The position numbers and the translations under genes were made by a program. Shown one piece after another: positions 31,673-41,899 of a stretch of DNA of 63,698 bases. A model generated the notes under the pieces. It was not told the DNA's origin, ran no database searches, and worked only from the letters and a program-made list of their open reading frames with translations. The first letter of the stretch is position 1; each line of letters begins with the position of its first letter. The DNA comes from Desulfobacterales bacterium (GTDB taxonomy: Bacteria; Desulfobacterota; Desulfobacteria; Desulfobacterales; JAFDDL01), in assembly GCA_040235505.1 (NCBI GenBank), contig JBECKW010000017.1, positions 74,139 through 137,836 on the forward strand, given 5' to 3'.

Positions 31673-33652
31673 ATGGCATTACCAAATAAACCGTTGGGAG
31701 AACTCAAAGCTGTTCGCGATCCTGAAGTCGAGGAGCGAGAAGTTGATATTTTGATTGTAGGCGGTGGTATGGCAGCCTGCGGTGCGGCATTTGAAATCAA
31801 GAAATGGCTCGGTGACGATCAGAGCGTGCTTCTGGTGGACAAGGCTGCCATGGAGCGAAGTGGTGCGGTTGCACAGGGTCTCTCCGCCATTAACACTTAC
31901 ATCGGCGATAACTCGCCGGATGACTATGTCCGCATGGTTCGAAACGACCTGATGGGTCTCGTCCGAGAAGACCTTATCTTCGATCTGGGTTGCCACGTTG
32001 ACGATTCCGTTTATCTTTTCGAAGAATGGGGCCTGCCGGTCTGGAAAAAGGCCGAAGATGGAAAAAACATGGACGGAAAAAAGGGTCAGGCGATGGGAAC
32101 CCTGAAATCCGGCGCCAAACCGGTTCGTACCGGTAAATGGCAGATCATGATCAACGGCGAATCCTACAAACGGATCGTCGCCGAAGCCGCCAAAAAAGCC
32201 ATCGGCGAAGAAAACGTTCTCGAGAGAGTCTTCATCGTCGAGCTGCTGCTGGACGCCAACAAAGAGAACCAGATCGCCGGCGCCGTCGGTTTCTCGGTTC
32301 GTGAAAACAAAGTCTACATCATCAAATGCAAAACCATGATGGTTGCCTGCGGCGGCGCGGTGAATATTTATCAGCCGCGTTCGGTGGGTGAAGGTAAAGG
32401 CCGCGCCTGGTATCCGGTATGGAACGCCGGTTCCACCTATACCATGTGCATGAAGGTCGGTGCCGAACTCTCCATGATGGAAAACCGTTTCACCCCATCC
32501 CGCTTCAAGGACGGTTACGGCCCCGTGGGCGCATGGTTCCTGCTGTTCAAGGCCAAAACCCTTAACGGTCTGGGCGAAAACTACGCCGCTTCCGATGCGG
32601 CCAAGAAAGAGCTCGAAAAATACGCTCCGTACGGAACGGCTGCCATTACGCCGACCTGTCTGCGTAACCACCTGATGCTCTTCGAGATGAAAGAAGGCCG
32701 CGGTCCCATCATCATGGATACCGTGAGCGCCCTGGCCGCGCTCGGCGAGACCATGGACAAGAAAGAGCTCAAACATCTGGAGTCCGAAGCCTGGGAAGAT
32801 TTCCTGGACATGACTTGCGGCCAGGCCAACCTGTGGTGCGCCCAGGACTGCGAGCCGGAAAAGAAGAATTCCGAAGTTATGCCCACCGAGCCGTATCTGC
32901 TGGGCTCCCACTCCGGTTGCTGCGGCCTGTGGACCAGCGGTCCGGACTTTGACTGGGTACCGGATTCATACAAGATTAAAGCAGACAACGGAAAGATCTA
33001 CAACCGGATGACCACGGTCAACGGTCTGTTCACTGCCGGCGACGGCGTAGGCTGCTCCGGCCACAAGTTCTCCTCCGGCTCCCATGCCGAAGGCCGACTC
33101 GCCGCCAAGCAGATGGTCCGCTATGCAAAGGATCACGCGGACTTTGCCCCGGCCCTGAGCCAGAGCAAGGAAGCGTTGGTGGACTTGGTATACAAACCGG
33201 TTCGCGTTTTCCTGGATCACGCCAACTACACCACCGCCATCGACATCAACCCCAACTACATCAAACCCAACGGGATGATGTATCGGCTCATGAAAGCCAC
33301 CCATGAGTACGGTGCCGGTACCGCCACCTATTACCAGACCAGCAGCAAGTCTCTGGAGATGGTGATGGATCTCCTGCAGGTCATGCGCGAGGACTGTGAA
33401 AAGATGGCCGCCGGCGATCTGCACGAACTCATGAGGGCTTGGGAAATCTATCATCGTATCTGGACTGTTGAAGCGCATCTGCGTCACATCCAGTTCCGGA
33501 AAGAGACCCGCTATCCCGGATTCTACTATCAGGCGGATTATCCCGGACAGGACGATGAGAACTGGTTCTGCTTCGTGAACTCCAAGTACGATCCGAAAGA
33601 GAAGAAATGGGATACCTTTAAGAAAGACTACATCAAGATTATCCCTGATTAA
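31673..33652 (+). CDS. aprA: Adenylylsulfate reductase alpha subunit
   Basis: DKAAMERSGAVAQGLSAINTY, WQIMINGESYK, GRAWYPVWNAGS, HKFSSGSHAEG. Confidence 0.99.
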   Translation: MALPNKPLGELKAVRDPEVEEREVDILIVGGGMAACGAAFEIKKWLGDDQSVLLVDKAAMERSGAVAQGLSAINTYIGDNSPDDYVRMVRNDLMGLVREDLIFDLGCHVDDSVYLFEEWGLPVWKKAEDGKNMDGKKGQAMGTLKSGAKPVRTGKWQIMINGESYKRIVAEAAKKAIGEENVLERVFIVELLLDANKENQIAGAVGFSVRENKVYIIKCKTMMVACGGAVNIYQPRSVGEGKGRAWYPVWNAGSTYTMCMKVGAELSMMENRFTPSRFKDGYGPVGAWFLLFKAKTLNGLGENYAASDAAKKELEKYAPYGTAAITPTCLRNHLMLFEMKEGRGPIIMDTVSALAALGETMDKKELKHLESEAWEDFLDMTCGQANLWCAQDCEPEKKNSEVMPTEPYLLGSHSGCCGLWTSGPDFDWVPDSYKIKADNGKIYNRMTTVNGLFTAGDGVGCSGHKFSSGSHAEGRLAAKQMVRYAKDHADFAPALSQSKEALVDLVYKPVRVFLDHANYTTAIDINPNYIKPNGMMYRLMKATHEYGAGTATYYQTSSKSLEMVMDLLQVMREDCEKMAAGDLHELMRAWEIYHRIWTVEAHLRHIQFRKETRYPGFYYQADYPGQDDENWFCFVNSKYDPKEKKWDTFKKDYIKIIPD

Positions 33653-33662
33653 TGAGCATCCG

Positions 33663-33740
33663 GGGGCGCCTTTTTGGCGCCCCTTCCTGTTTCAGAAGAT
33701 GCCTCCCGGCGTTATTTAGCGCCCGGGGGGCATCCTTTTA
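33663..33740 (+). terminator. Two tandem GC-rich hairpins after aprA
   Basis: ggggcgcc/ggcgcccc (33663-33683) and gatgcctcccgg/ccggggggcatc (33698-33734), followed by a short T run. Confidence 0.7.
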
Positions 33741-34077
33741 CATGTGGGTGGTCTCAAAAAAGTACTGCCGGGCAACATCCTCATGCTTCAACAAAGGGCT
33801 GAAAGGGCATGGGAGGTTACATCTTTCGTATTCGGCTTTTAAATCAAAATGCCGGCTGGGCCGACAACAAAAAGCTGAATTCGAAAACTGTAAACGAAAA
33901 AGGATATTGCCTGAAGGGCTGGACAGCCCAACGGGTGGAGGCGATTATCAACAGGCCTTTTCAATCATACCGGAGGTACGGCGCAACGGCGCCGCCCTGA
34001 AAGCGTGATTGAAGACAAACGGCGATTCATAACGAGTCTGTGGCTTAAGGCCATGGATCTTGGCATGGAGGATTGGC

Positions 34078-35352
34078 ATGACAGAAAACAATGGAGCCCC
34101 CGTAAGCGGAAGTATACTGGTTGTCGGCGGCGGGATCAGCGGACTCACGGCAGCCCTGGAAGCGGCCGAAGTGGGGTACGACGTGTTTTTGGTGGAGAAA
34201 AACCCGTACCTGGGCGGGCGCGTGGCGCAATTGAAGCAGTACTTCCCGAAACTCTGCCCCCCGACCTGCGGACTGGAGATCAATTTCAGAAGAATCAAGG
34301 ACAACCCGCGGATCAAGGTACTGACAATGGCTCAGGTGGAAAAAGTGGACGGGACCCCCGGAAACTACACGGCCATGGTGAAGTTGAGCCCGCGGTACGT
34401 GAATGAAAACTGCACGTGCTGCGGTGATTGTGCGGAGGCCTGTGAAACCGAAATCGACTCCGTTTTTGACTTCGGCATGAAGAAGATCAACGCGGCCTAT
34501 CTGCCGTTTGAAATGGCGTTTCCGTCACGGTTCGTGATCTCCCCCGAAATCATCGGAACGCCGGATGCGGTCAAATGCGCGGAGGCTTGTAAATACGGCG
34601 CCGTGGATCTCAACATGGCCGAGAAATCTCTGACCCTCAATGTCGGCGCCGTTATCTGGGCCACCGGCTGGCAGCCCTACGATGCCAAAAAGCTGGACAA
34701 CCTGGGCTTCGGCGTCTATCCCAACATTATCACCAACATGATGATGGAACGTCTGGCCGCTCCCAACGGACCCACCAGCGGCAGTATTCTCAGACCGTCT
34801 GACGGAAAGGCCCCGGAGAGCGTCGCTTTTGTCCAATGTGCCGGATCAAGAGACGAAAATCATCTTCCCTACTGCTCCTACATCTGCTGCATGGCCTCCC
34901 TGAAGCAGGCCACTTACGTGAGAGAGCAGTACCCGGACGCCAAAATTTATATTTTCTACATTGATCTGAGGGCTCCGGGTCAGCGCTATGAAAAATTTTA
35001 TCAGCAGATCAAAGCGGATGAAAACATCTTTTTCATCAAGGGCAAAGTGGCAGACGTTTCGGCGGATGCCACCGGCGCCATCACCGTGACGGCGGAAAAT
35101 GCGGTGACCGGAGAGAAGATAAACCAGGCCGTGGACCTGGCGGTGCTGGCCACGGGCATGCAGCCCACGGCCGCCATCGGCAAACTCCCGGCGGATCTTG
35201 CTTTCAGCGAGGACGGGTTTATCATCAACGACTTTGAAAAGGGCGGGATGTTTGCCGCCGGTTGCGCCAACAAACCGGCCGACGTGGTTTCATCAAACCA
35301 GAATGCCACCGGCATGGCGCTCAAGGCCATTCAAACCCTGGTGAGGAGGTAG
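34078..35352 (+). CDS. qmoA: Quinone-interacting membrane-bound oxidoreductase subunit A
   Basis: HdrA-like: VVGGGISG, YFPKLCPPTCGLE, QCAGSRD, CSYICCMAS; directly after aprA. ATG 34078 follows SD GGAGG. Confidence 0.97.
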   Translation: MTENNGAPVSGSILVVGGGISGLTAALEAAEVGYDVFLVEKNPYLGGRVAQLKQYFPKLCPPTCGLEINFRRIKDNPRIKVLTMAQVEKVDGTPGNYTAMVKLSPRYVNENCTCCGDCAEACETEIDSVFDFGMKKINAAYLPFEMAFPSRFVISPEIIGTPDAVKCAEACKYGAVDLNMAEKSLTLNVGAVIWATGWQPYDAKKLDNLGFGVYPNIITNMMMERLAAPNGPTSGSILRPSDGKAPESVAFVQCAGSRDENHLPYCSYICCMASLKQATYVREQYPDAKIYIFYIDLRAPGQRYEKFYQQIKADENIFFIKGKVADVSADATGAITVTAENAVTGEKINQAVDLAVLATGMQPTAAIGKLPADLAFSEDGFIINDFEKGGMFAAGCANKPADVVSSNQNATGMALKAIQTLVRR

Positions 35353-35362
35353 GAGGTTATCC

Positions 35363-37702
35363 ATGGATAAAAAATATGGTGTCTATATTTGTACGGGATG
35401 CGGTATCGGAGATGCCCTGGATATCGAGGCGCTGGCGGCAACAGCCGGCGAGGAGGGTATCGGCATCGTCAAAAACCATCCCATACTCTGCGGAAAAGAG
35501 GGATGCGATCTTCTGAAAAAGGATATCGCCGATGAGGGCGTCAATACGCTGGTGCTTGCCGCCTGCTCCCGCCGGGTGAATTTCGACGTGTTCCGGTTCG
35601 ACGGCTGCATCGTGGACCGGGTGGATCTGAGGGAACAGGTCGTCTGGTCCCATCCCCGCTCGGAATATCCGACCCTCACGGAAGAACAAAAGGACAGCTC
35701 GGAGCATTTCGACCGGCTGCAGATGCTGGCCGACGATTATCTTAAAATGGGGATGGCCCGGGTAAAGAAAGTCAAACTCCCCGAGCCCTACCAGGTGGAA
35801 ACCCTGTCCCGGAAGATTCTGGTGATCGGCGGGGGCGTTACCGGCATGACCGCGGCCCTGGATGCGGCCCTGGCGGGGTATGACGTGACCCTGGTGGAAA
35901 AGGAAGCGGCTTTGGGCGGAAAGGCGAAAAACTGGCGCAAACAGCTTCCCAATAAAGCGCCCTATGAGAACCTGATTTCGCCGGATGTGGAGGCCCGAAT
36001 CCAGGCGGTGACGGCAAATGAGAAGATCACTGTAAAAACCGAAACCGTGGTGGCACGGATTGCCGGGGAGCCCGGAAATTTCACGGTGACCCTCAAAAAG
36101 CCGGGAGAGAAAATCGAGTTTGACGTTCCTTACCCGCTTCCGGCCGAAATGACGGTGGATGCGAGCGGAAAGGAACTGGATGCCGATGCCCTTCACAAGA
36201 AGTACATGGAGTACAACAAGGGAAAGGTGGACATCCTGAAATTCGACCCCAGCGGCGAAAAATTCGGCGCCGTGGTGCTGGCGGCCGGCTGGCGGCCGGC
36301 GGAACTGGACAAGGACGCTGTTTCTCATCTCGGGTACGGTGAGATCACGGATGTCGTCACCAACCAGCAGTTCGAGGAGATGGCGGCCAAGGGCGCGGTA
36401 ATCCGGCCTTCGGACGGCAAGGCGGCCAAATCGGTGGTCTTCGTCCAGAGTCCGGGTCAGGGCAGCGATACCGATTTCGACTACGCAGGTTCCGTCACCA
36501 GCCTGGTCTCCCTGAAACAGGCCAAATATGTCCGCGACGACTATACCGACGGAAAGGCGTTTATCTTCTACCAGCACATGCGTACACCGGGACTCACCGA
36601 AAACTTCTACAAGAGCCTTCAGCAGGACGCCGGTATTTTCATGACCAAGGGAGAAATCGTCAAGGTTTCCAAAAATGGCGACGGCCTGGTGGTGGAAGCG
36701 GAAAATACGCTTCTGGGCGAAAAAATGCAGATCAAGGCGGACCTGGTGGTGCTGGCCGCCGGCATGGTGCCGGCGACTGTGGACGAACCCGTCGTGAACC
36801 TCGCCTACCGGCAGGGACCGGCTTTCCGGGATATCGGCCTCTTTAACGGCTATGTGGACTCCAACTACATCTGCTTTCCCTATGAGACCCAGCGCACCGG
36901 CATTTACGCCGCCGGCGCCATTCGCCGGAGCATGACCGTGGAAGAATCCGTGGAAGATGCGACCGGTGCCGCCCTTAAGGCTGTCCAGTGCATTGAAAGC
37001 GTCAATCGGGGGGTTGCCGTTCACCCGCGTTCCGGGGACATGACCTTCCCGGACTTTTTCTTCCAACGCTGCACCCAGTGCAAACGCTGCACGGAAGAGT
37101 GTCCCTTCGGCGCCCTGGACGACGACGAAAAAGGAACGCCCAAACCGAACCCGGCCCGCTGCCGGCGTTGCGGTACCTGTATGGGTGCCTGTCCCGAACG
37201 GATCATTGGGTTTGCGGACTACAATATCGACAGCATCGGCTCCATGGTGAAGGCCATCAGCGTGCCGTCGACAGACGACTATGACGAGCCGCCCCTGCGG
37301 ATCCTCGGCCTCGTCTGTGAAAACGACGCCCTGCCGGCCCTGGATATCGCGGGCTTGAACCGGCTGACCTACTCCGCCGACGTTCGCTTCATTCCCATTC
37401 GCTGCCTCGGATCCATGAACGTGATCTGGATCAAGGACGCCCTCTCCCAGGGCATGGACGGCGTGTTTCTCCTGGGCTGTAAGCACGGCGACGATTACCA
37501 GTGCCATTTTGTCAAGGGAAGCGAACTGGCCGACATCCGCATCAAGAAGATCGGGGATGCGCTGGCCAGCCTGGCCCTTGAGAATGAGCGGGTGGCCCAG
37601 TTCACCGTCGGCATCGACGAGTACGACAAGCTGCCGAAAATGATCAACGACTTTGTGGACGTTATCGAAGACCTGGGGCCCAACCCCTTCAAAGGCTTCT
37701 AA
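35363..37702 (+). CDS. qmoB: Qmo subunit B (HdrA-like plus MvhD domain)
   Basis: ICTGCGIG, CTQCKRCTEECP, CRRCGTCMGACP, CENDALPALD, C-terminal GPNPFKGF. Confidence 0.98.
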   Translation: MDKKYGVYICTGCGIGDALDIEALAATAGEEGIGIVKNHPILCGKEGCDLLKKDIADEGVNTLVLAACSRRVNFDVFRFDGCIVDRVDLREQVVWSHPRSEYPTLTEEQKDSSEHFDRLQMLADDYLKMGMARVKKVKLPEPYQVETLSRKILVIGGGVTGMTAALDAALAGYDVTLVEKEAALGGKAKNWRKQLPNKAPYENLISPDVEARIQAVTANEKITVKTETVVARIAGEPGNFTVTLKKPGEKIEFDVPYPLPAEMTVDASGKELDADALHKKYMEYNKGKVDILKFDPSGEKFGAVVLAAGWRPAELDKDAVSHLGYGEITDVVTNQQFEEMAAKGAVIRPSDGKAAKSVVFVQSPGQGSDTDFDYAGSVTSLVSLKQAKYVRDDYTDGKAFIFYQHMRTPGLTENFYKSLQQDAGIFMTKGEIVKVSKNGDGLVVEAENTLLGEKMQIKADLVVLAAGMVPATVDEPVVNLAYRQGPAFRDIGLFNGYVDSNYICFPYETQRTGIYAAGAIRRSMTVEESVEDATGAALKAVQCIESVNRGVAVHPRSGDMTFPDFFFQRCTQCKRCTEECPFGALDDDEKGTPKPNPARCRRCGTCMGACPERIIGFADYNIDSIGSMVKAISVPSTDDYDEPPLRILGLVCENDALPALDIAGLNRLTYSADVRFIPIRCLGSMNVIWIKDALSQGMDGVFLLGCKHGDDYQCHFVKGSELADIRIKKIGDALASLALENERVAQFTVGIDEYDKLPKMINDFVDVIEDLGPNPFKGF

Positions 37703-37726
37703 TTAGGTTACGTGAGGAGGTAGACC

Positions 37727-38872
37727 ATGCCAACATATATTGCCGATCCTGATGTCAGTTTCATTGAGTCGGTGAAGGCCCTGGGCGGACAGGATGTGAA
37801 AAAGTGCTTTCAGTGCGCCACCTGCTCCGTGGCCTGTCCGATTTCACCGGAAAACAAACCCTTTCCCCGGAAGGAGATGATTGCCACCTCCTGGGGGCTC
37901 AAGGACAAACTGGTGGGAAACGCCGACATCTGGCTGTGCCACAACTGCGGCGACTGCAACACCCGATGCCCCCGGGGCGCAAAGCCCGGAGACGTGCTGG
38001 GTGCCGTTCGGGCCTACACGATTTCGGAATACGCCACTCCGAAGGCGCTGGCCCGGGCCGTTCAAGATCCCAAGAAACTGCCGCTTCTCCTGCTCCTGCC
38101 CGCGGCCATCATTCTCATCCTGGGTCTTATTTTCAACATGTTCGGCTTGGGGTGGATGAACTTCGCCCCCGAGGCGGATCATATTTGGCAGTCGAGTTAT
38201 TTCAACAACTACATGGTGGATATCATGATGATACCCACGTTTACGTTTGCTATTATCGTGTTTGCCCTGGGGCTCAAACGGTTTCTGGCCGACATTCACG
38301 CCAATGCCCTGGCCGAGGGAAAAACCGATAAGGCCACCATTGATCCCGGCGGATTCATTCAGGCCCTGATCCGGGTGGTGCCCACGATCTTCAAGCACCA
38401 GAAGTTCACCGAGTGCACTGAGAACAAGGAGCGCTCCACCGCCCACATGATGGTTCTCTTCGGTTTCATCGGCCTTTTCATCGTCACCGCCTGCTTTTTT
38501 ATCGCCGAATGGGTGCTTCATATCGAAGGGCCCTACCCCCAGATCAGCCCGGTCAAATGGATTGCCAACGTGAGCGGAGTCGCCCTGCTGGTGGGCGGTT
38601 TTCTGTTGATGAAAAACCGGCTCGATAAAACCGACAGCATCAACAGCTACTGGGACTGGTCCCTGCTGGGGCTCGTGCTGCTTTTGGGCCTCACCGGCCT
38701 GCTGACGGAATCCACGCGGCTTTTCGGTCTTTACGGACTTTCCGCCATTATTTACTTTCTGCACCTGATGTTTGTTTGGTCGCTGTTTGCCTACGCGCCG
38801 TTTTCGAAACTGGCCCACTTGATTTACAGGACCGTGGCCATGACCTATGCGGAGTACGCAGGACGGAAATAG
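37727..38872 (+). CDS. qmoC: Qmo subunit C (Fe-S plus membrane heme b domain)
   Basis: CFQCATCSVACP, WLCHNCGDCNTRCPRG, hydrophobic helices, FSKLAHLIYR. Confidence 0.97.
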   Translation: MPTYIADPDVSFIESVKALGGQDVKKCFQCATCSVACPISPENKPFPRKEMIATSWGLKDKLVGNADIWLCHNCGDCNTRCPRGAKPGDVLGAVRAYTISEYATPKALARAVQDPKKLPLLLLLPAAIILILGLIFNMFGLGWMNFAPEADHIWQSSYFNNYMVDIMMIPTFTFAIIVFALGLKRFLADIHANALAEGKTDKATIDPGGFIQALIRVVPTIFKHQKFTECTENKERSTAHMMVLFGFIGLFIVTACFFIAEWVLHIEGPYPQISPVKWIANVSGVALLVGGFLLMKNRLDKTDSINSYWDWSLLGLVLLLGLTGLLTESTRLFGLYGLSAIIYFLHLMFVWSLFAYAPFSKLAHLIYRTVAMTYAEYAGRK

Positions 38873-38892
38873 GCAAGAAGATTTAAAGAAAC

Positions 38893-38929
38893 AAAAAGGC
38901 GGCGCTTGATATCGGGTGCCGCCTTTTTT
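38893..38929 (+). terminator. Intrinsic terminator after qmoC
   Basis: aaaaaggcggcgc...gtgccgcctttttt. Confidence 0.85.
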
Positions 38930-39032
38930 ACTCTTGCTGCAGTTCTCCTCAACCTACCGGATATGTTGCACCATCCATCATGACGGCCGCACATGTCCGG
39001 GAGGCACATTCGGCCAATAGGGGAACCGAATC

Positions 39033-39917
39033 ATGAACGATTTCTTGCTGTCCGGTCTGTTAGGCATTGTGGAGGGGCTGACGGAATTTCTTCCGGTCAG
39101 CTCAACCGCGCATCTTCGTATCGTTGAAGCTTTCGCGCATATCGATCTGACCATGGGGTATTGGAAGATGTACTCCATTGTCATCCAGCTGGGCGCCATC
39201 CTATGTCTCCCGGTGTACTTCAGAGCCGAGATAAAGGCGTTTCTGGGAACCTTCCCCCGGGGCGAGAGAGGTGACCGCACATGGTTGACGCACCCCCTCG
39301 GCCTCACGGTGGTGGCCTTCATCGTCACCGCCATTCCGGCTTTTCTGATGACCAAAATCATCGGCAAGCACCTCGAAAATCTCTCCATCATGGGAGGTTC
39401 GCTGATTGCCGGCGGCATAGTGATGTGGATCGTCGATGCCCGGAATGCGGCAGCCGAGGCTTCCGGACCGGAGGCCGGTGGGAAGGGGCGCATCCGCACC
39501 TGGCGGATGGAGGCCATGGGCCTCGGACAGGCCATATGGATCGGCGCCTGCCAGGTCCTGTCGGCGGTATTTCCGGGCACATCGCGTTCCATGTGCACCA
39601 TCGCGGCCGGCCAACTGGCCGGGATGTCTCGGGCCTCCGCGCTGGAATTCTCTTTCTTTCTCTCGATACCGACCATGGTTGCCGCCACGGGCTATGACCT
39701 GCTAAAGTCCCTGCTGCCGGGTCATGACAATCCCATCGGAACCACGCACATCGACGCCCATGGGTGGATCGTCCTGGCCATCGGATTTGTCATGTCCTTT
39801 ATTGTCGCGTACGCGGCCGTGGCCTGGTTCATGGCTTGGGTGCGGCGCCGGGGATTCACACCCTTTGCAATTTACCGAATCATTTTTGGAACAGTCGTCC
39901 TGTTCTGGGCCGGATAG
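39033..39917 (+). CDS. uppP: Undecaprenyl-diphosphate phosphatase (BacA/UppP)
   Basis: GIVEGLTEFLPVSSTAHL, IQLGAI, PGTSRS, EFSFFLSIP. Confidence 0.96.
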   Translation: MNDFLLSGLLGIVEGLTEFLPVSSTAHLRIVEAFAHIDLTMGYWKMYSIVIQLGAILCLPVYFRAEIKAFLGTFPRGERGDRTWLTHPLGLTVVAFIVTAIPAFLMTKIIGKHLENLSIMGGSLIAGGIVMWIVDARNAAAEASGPEAGGKGRIRTWRMEAMGLGQAIWIGACQVLSAVFPGTSRSMCTIAAGQLAGMSRASALEFSFFLSIPTMVAATGYDLLKSLLPGHDNPIGTTHIDAHGWIVLAIGFVMSFIVAYAAVAWFMAWVRRRGFTPFAIYRIIFGTVVLFWAG

Positions 39918-39970
39918 AAACTTTTAAAGCGCCGCTTCAAAACGCGGCTGAAGAGAATTGCTTCTTTGAA

Positions 39971-40008
39971 AAAAAGAGCGGTGGCTGACTATCAGCCACC
40001 GCTTTTGA
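39971..40008. terminator. Bidirectional terminator between uppP and the CocE gene
   Basis: 12-bp stem agcggtggctga/tcagccaccgct with A-rich and T-rich flanks. Confidence 0.85.
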
Positions 40009-40059
40009 TTTTACTTTGACGGATGTCCCTGTCACGGGGAAACCGCCGACAACATTCTC

Positions 40060-41871
40060 TTACCGGTAGATGTAATCACCGTCGGCATATTTCGGCGGGA
40101 TGACCGGAATCTGCAGATAGGAATCATACTTTCCGCCGGTGTGGATCGTATGATCCCCTTTGTTGTCGAGGTCCCAGAAAAACGGTTCGAACCACCCTTC
40201 CCGAACGTAGTGTCCGGCCAGTTGGATACGGAGGTACTGCCCCTTTTGCCAGATCCGGCTGGTGGGGTAGATTTCGATATCCACCGGTACGATTTCACCC
40301 GGCTGCAACTTTTCATCCTTGATGTGGGCCTGCACCGGCTGGAAATGGGTGGAAAGCTTCTCGTCGAGAGCACGGCGGGACACCCGCATTTTCCCCCAGG
40401 CGCCGGGATGCGGTTCCCCGAGAACGCTTGTGGGAAGCCATTCTCCGGAGGTGCTGAGCTTCTGGATATTGACGAAAATATCCATATCGTCATGTTCTTT
40501 ACAGGAAACCCAAAGCCGGAGCTTCATGTACCCGGTGATCTCGGTCTGCTCATTGAACTGGAAGTCGAAGTTGAGAATCCCCTTTTCGGACTCGTAGCTT
40601 ACCTTGGCTTCCTTTTCCAGGGGGTTGTAGTTCATGCCCTTGGTCTTGGCGTCGAGGAAGAGTTTCCGGTACAGGGTTCTCTTGAGCGGAAATTCCTTTT
40701 CGGGACGGTTGATCTGGTAGTCACAATCGAAGGCGTCCATAATTTCAAGACGTACCCGGGGGGTCAGCTCCCACCCGTTGTAGATCTCTTTCAGATACCG
40801 GTCATAGAATCGTTTCAGGTCTTCGAGGTATGTCGAACAGTATGCATCCGGCCACTCGAATTCACGGTGGGCCCGGAGCCATTTCTTCGTGGAGCGGATT
40901 TTGCGGAAACATTCCATGGATCCGCGCAGGTGCATGTGCTGCCAGCAGGCCGTCATGTAGACAGGAAGCCTGATGTTTTTCCAGTTGGGGATTCTGTCCT
41001 CCCAGAACTCGCACATGAATGGGTGTTTTCGGGCCATGGCGACGTTGTCGCCGACATATCCTTTTCCCACGAGGGAGCCTTCGATAAAATCCTCGAAACT
41101 CAGGGACGGAATACCGCCGGCAAACAGTGACTCGCGGTACAGATCGCCGGTCCCCTCCCAGGGAGCAATGCAGACAAGATGGGGGGGCTGTTCCGCAGCG
41201 ATCCGGTACTGGGTCATGGCGACACCGGAGTTGCCGTTCATTCCGACTTTTCCGTTACACCATTCCTGCTGGGCAACCCATTCGATAAAATCATATCCAT
41301 CCCTGGCATCCTGGGTTCCGAACATGATGAGATCACCTTCGGAGTGCCCGCACCCCCGCGGATCGACGTTGGCAATGGCATATCCGTGTCGGCACCAGTA
41401 GGCGGGATCACAGGATTCGAACTTGGCCAGGTTGGAAACGGTTCCCGGCGGCACGCCGATGAGCTGCCATTCATCCATCCCCTCGCCAGGACGCTTGCCG
41501 AAATAGCTCCAGGAAACGATCACCGGAATTTTTTCGGTTGTGTTGGCGGGTTTGTAAATATCGCAGTAAATTTTGGTGCCGTCGCGCAGGGCCACCTCAA
41601 TGTCCTGTTCGACCATGATGTGCTCATTGATCTGTTTCGTACAGGGATTAAAGTCGGGGCAAAACCCCATGGCCGCACCGAGCAGTTTGAAGTCATTCTC
41701 CTTGTCCTCGGTGCCGTCAACCTTGTCTTCTCCGGTTTTGGAATTTGCGATGATATTCCGAAGCGCATCCTTCGGCGCAGGAATTCTGCATTTTCTGTAC
41801 ACGTGGTCATACTCCTTGCCGCCGTGCACTTCCTGGATCGTTTTACGATCCACTTTTACTTCTTCAGTCAT
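40060..41871 (-). CDS. CocE/NonD-family serine hydrolase (peptidase S15-like)
   Basis: LRDGTKIYCDIYKP, GYAIANVDPRGCGHSEG, GMNGNSG nucleophile elbow, C-terminal jelly-roll (EITGYMKLRLWV, IHTGGKYDSYLQIP); SD AGGAGG. Confidence 0.92.
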   Translation of the reverse strand: MTEEVKVDRKTIQEVHGGKEYDHVYRKCRIPAPKDALRNIIANSKTGEDKVDGTEDKENDFKLLGAAMGFCPDFNPCTKQINEHIMVEQDIEVALRDGTKIYCDIYKPANTTEKIPVIVSWSYFGKRPGEGMDEWQLIGVPPGTVSNLAKFESCDPAYWCRHGYAIANVDPRGCGHSEGDLIMFGTQDARDGYDFIEWVAQQEWCNGKVGMNGNSGVAMTQYRIAAEQPPHLVCIAPWEGTGDLYRESLFAGGIPSLSFEDFIEGSLVGKGYVGDNVAMARKHPFMCEFWEDRIPNWKNIRLPVYMTACWQHMHLRGSMECFRKIRSTKKWLRAHREFEWPDAYCSTYLEDLKRFYDRYLKEIYNGWELTPRVRLEIMDAFDCDYQINRPEKEFPLKRTLYRKLFLDAKTKGMNYNPLEKEAKVSYESEKGILNFDFQFNEQTEITGYMKLRLWVSCKEHDDMDIFVNIQKLSTSGEWLPTSVLGEPHPGAWGKMRVSRRALDEKLSTHFQPVQAHIKDEKLQPGEIVPVDIEIYPTSRIWQKGQYLRIQLAGHYVREGWFEPFFWDLDNKGDHTIHTGGKYDSYLQIPVIPPKYADGDYIYR

Positions 41872-41899
41872 GATTGTCCTCCTAATTAATACAGATAGT

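Noticed and set aside
33750-34060. Small ORFs or an sRNA in the aprA-qmoA spacer (e.g. 33809-34000)
   Set aside because: No convincing SD-start pairing, motif or long stem beyond the two terminator hairpins.
35357-37507. 716-aa minus-strand ORF (likewise 31679-32911, 37844-38818, 28469-29473, 40141-41130 and 56963-58384)
   Set aside because: Antisense shadows of well-supported, codon-biased GC-rich genes.
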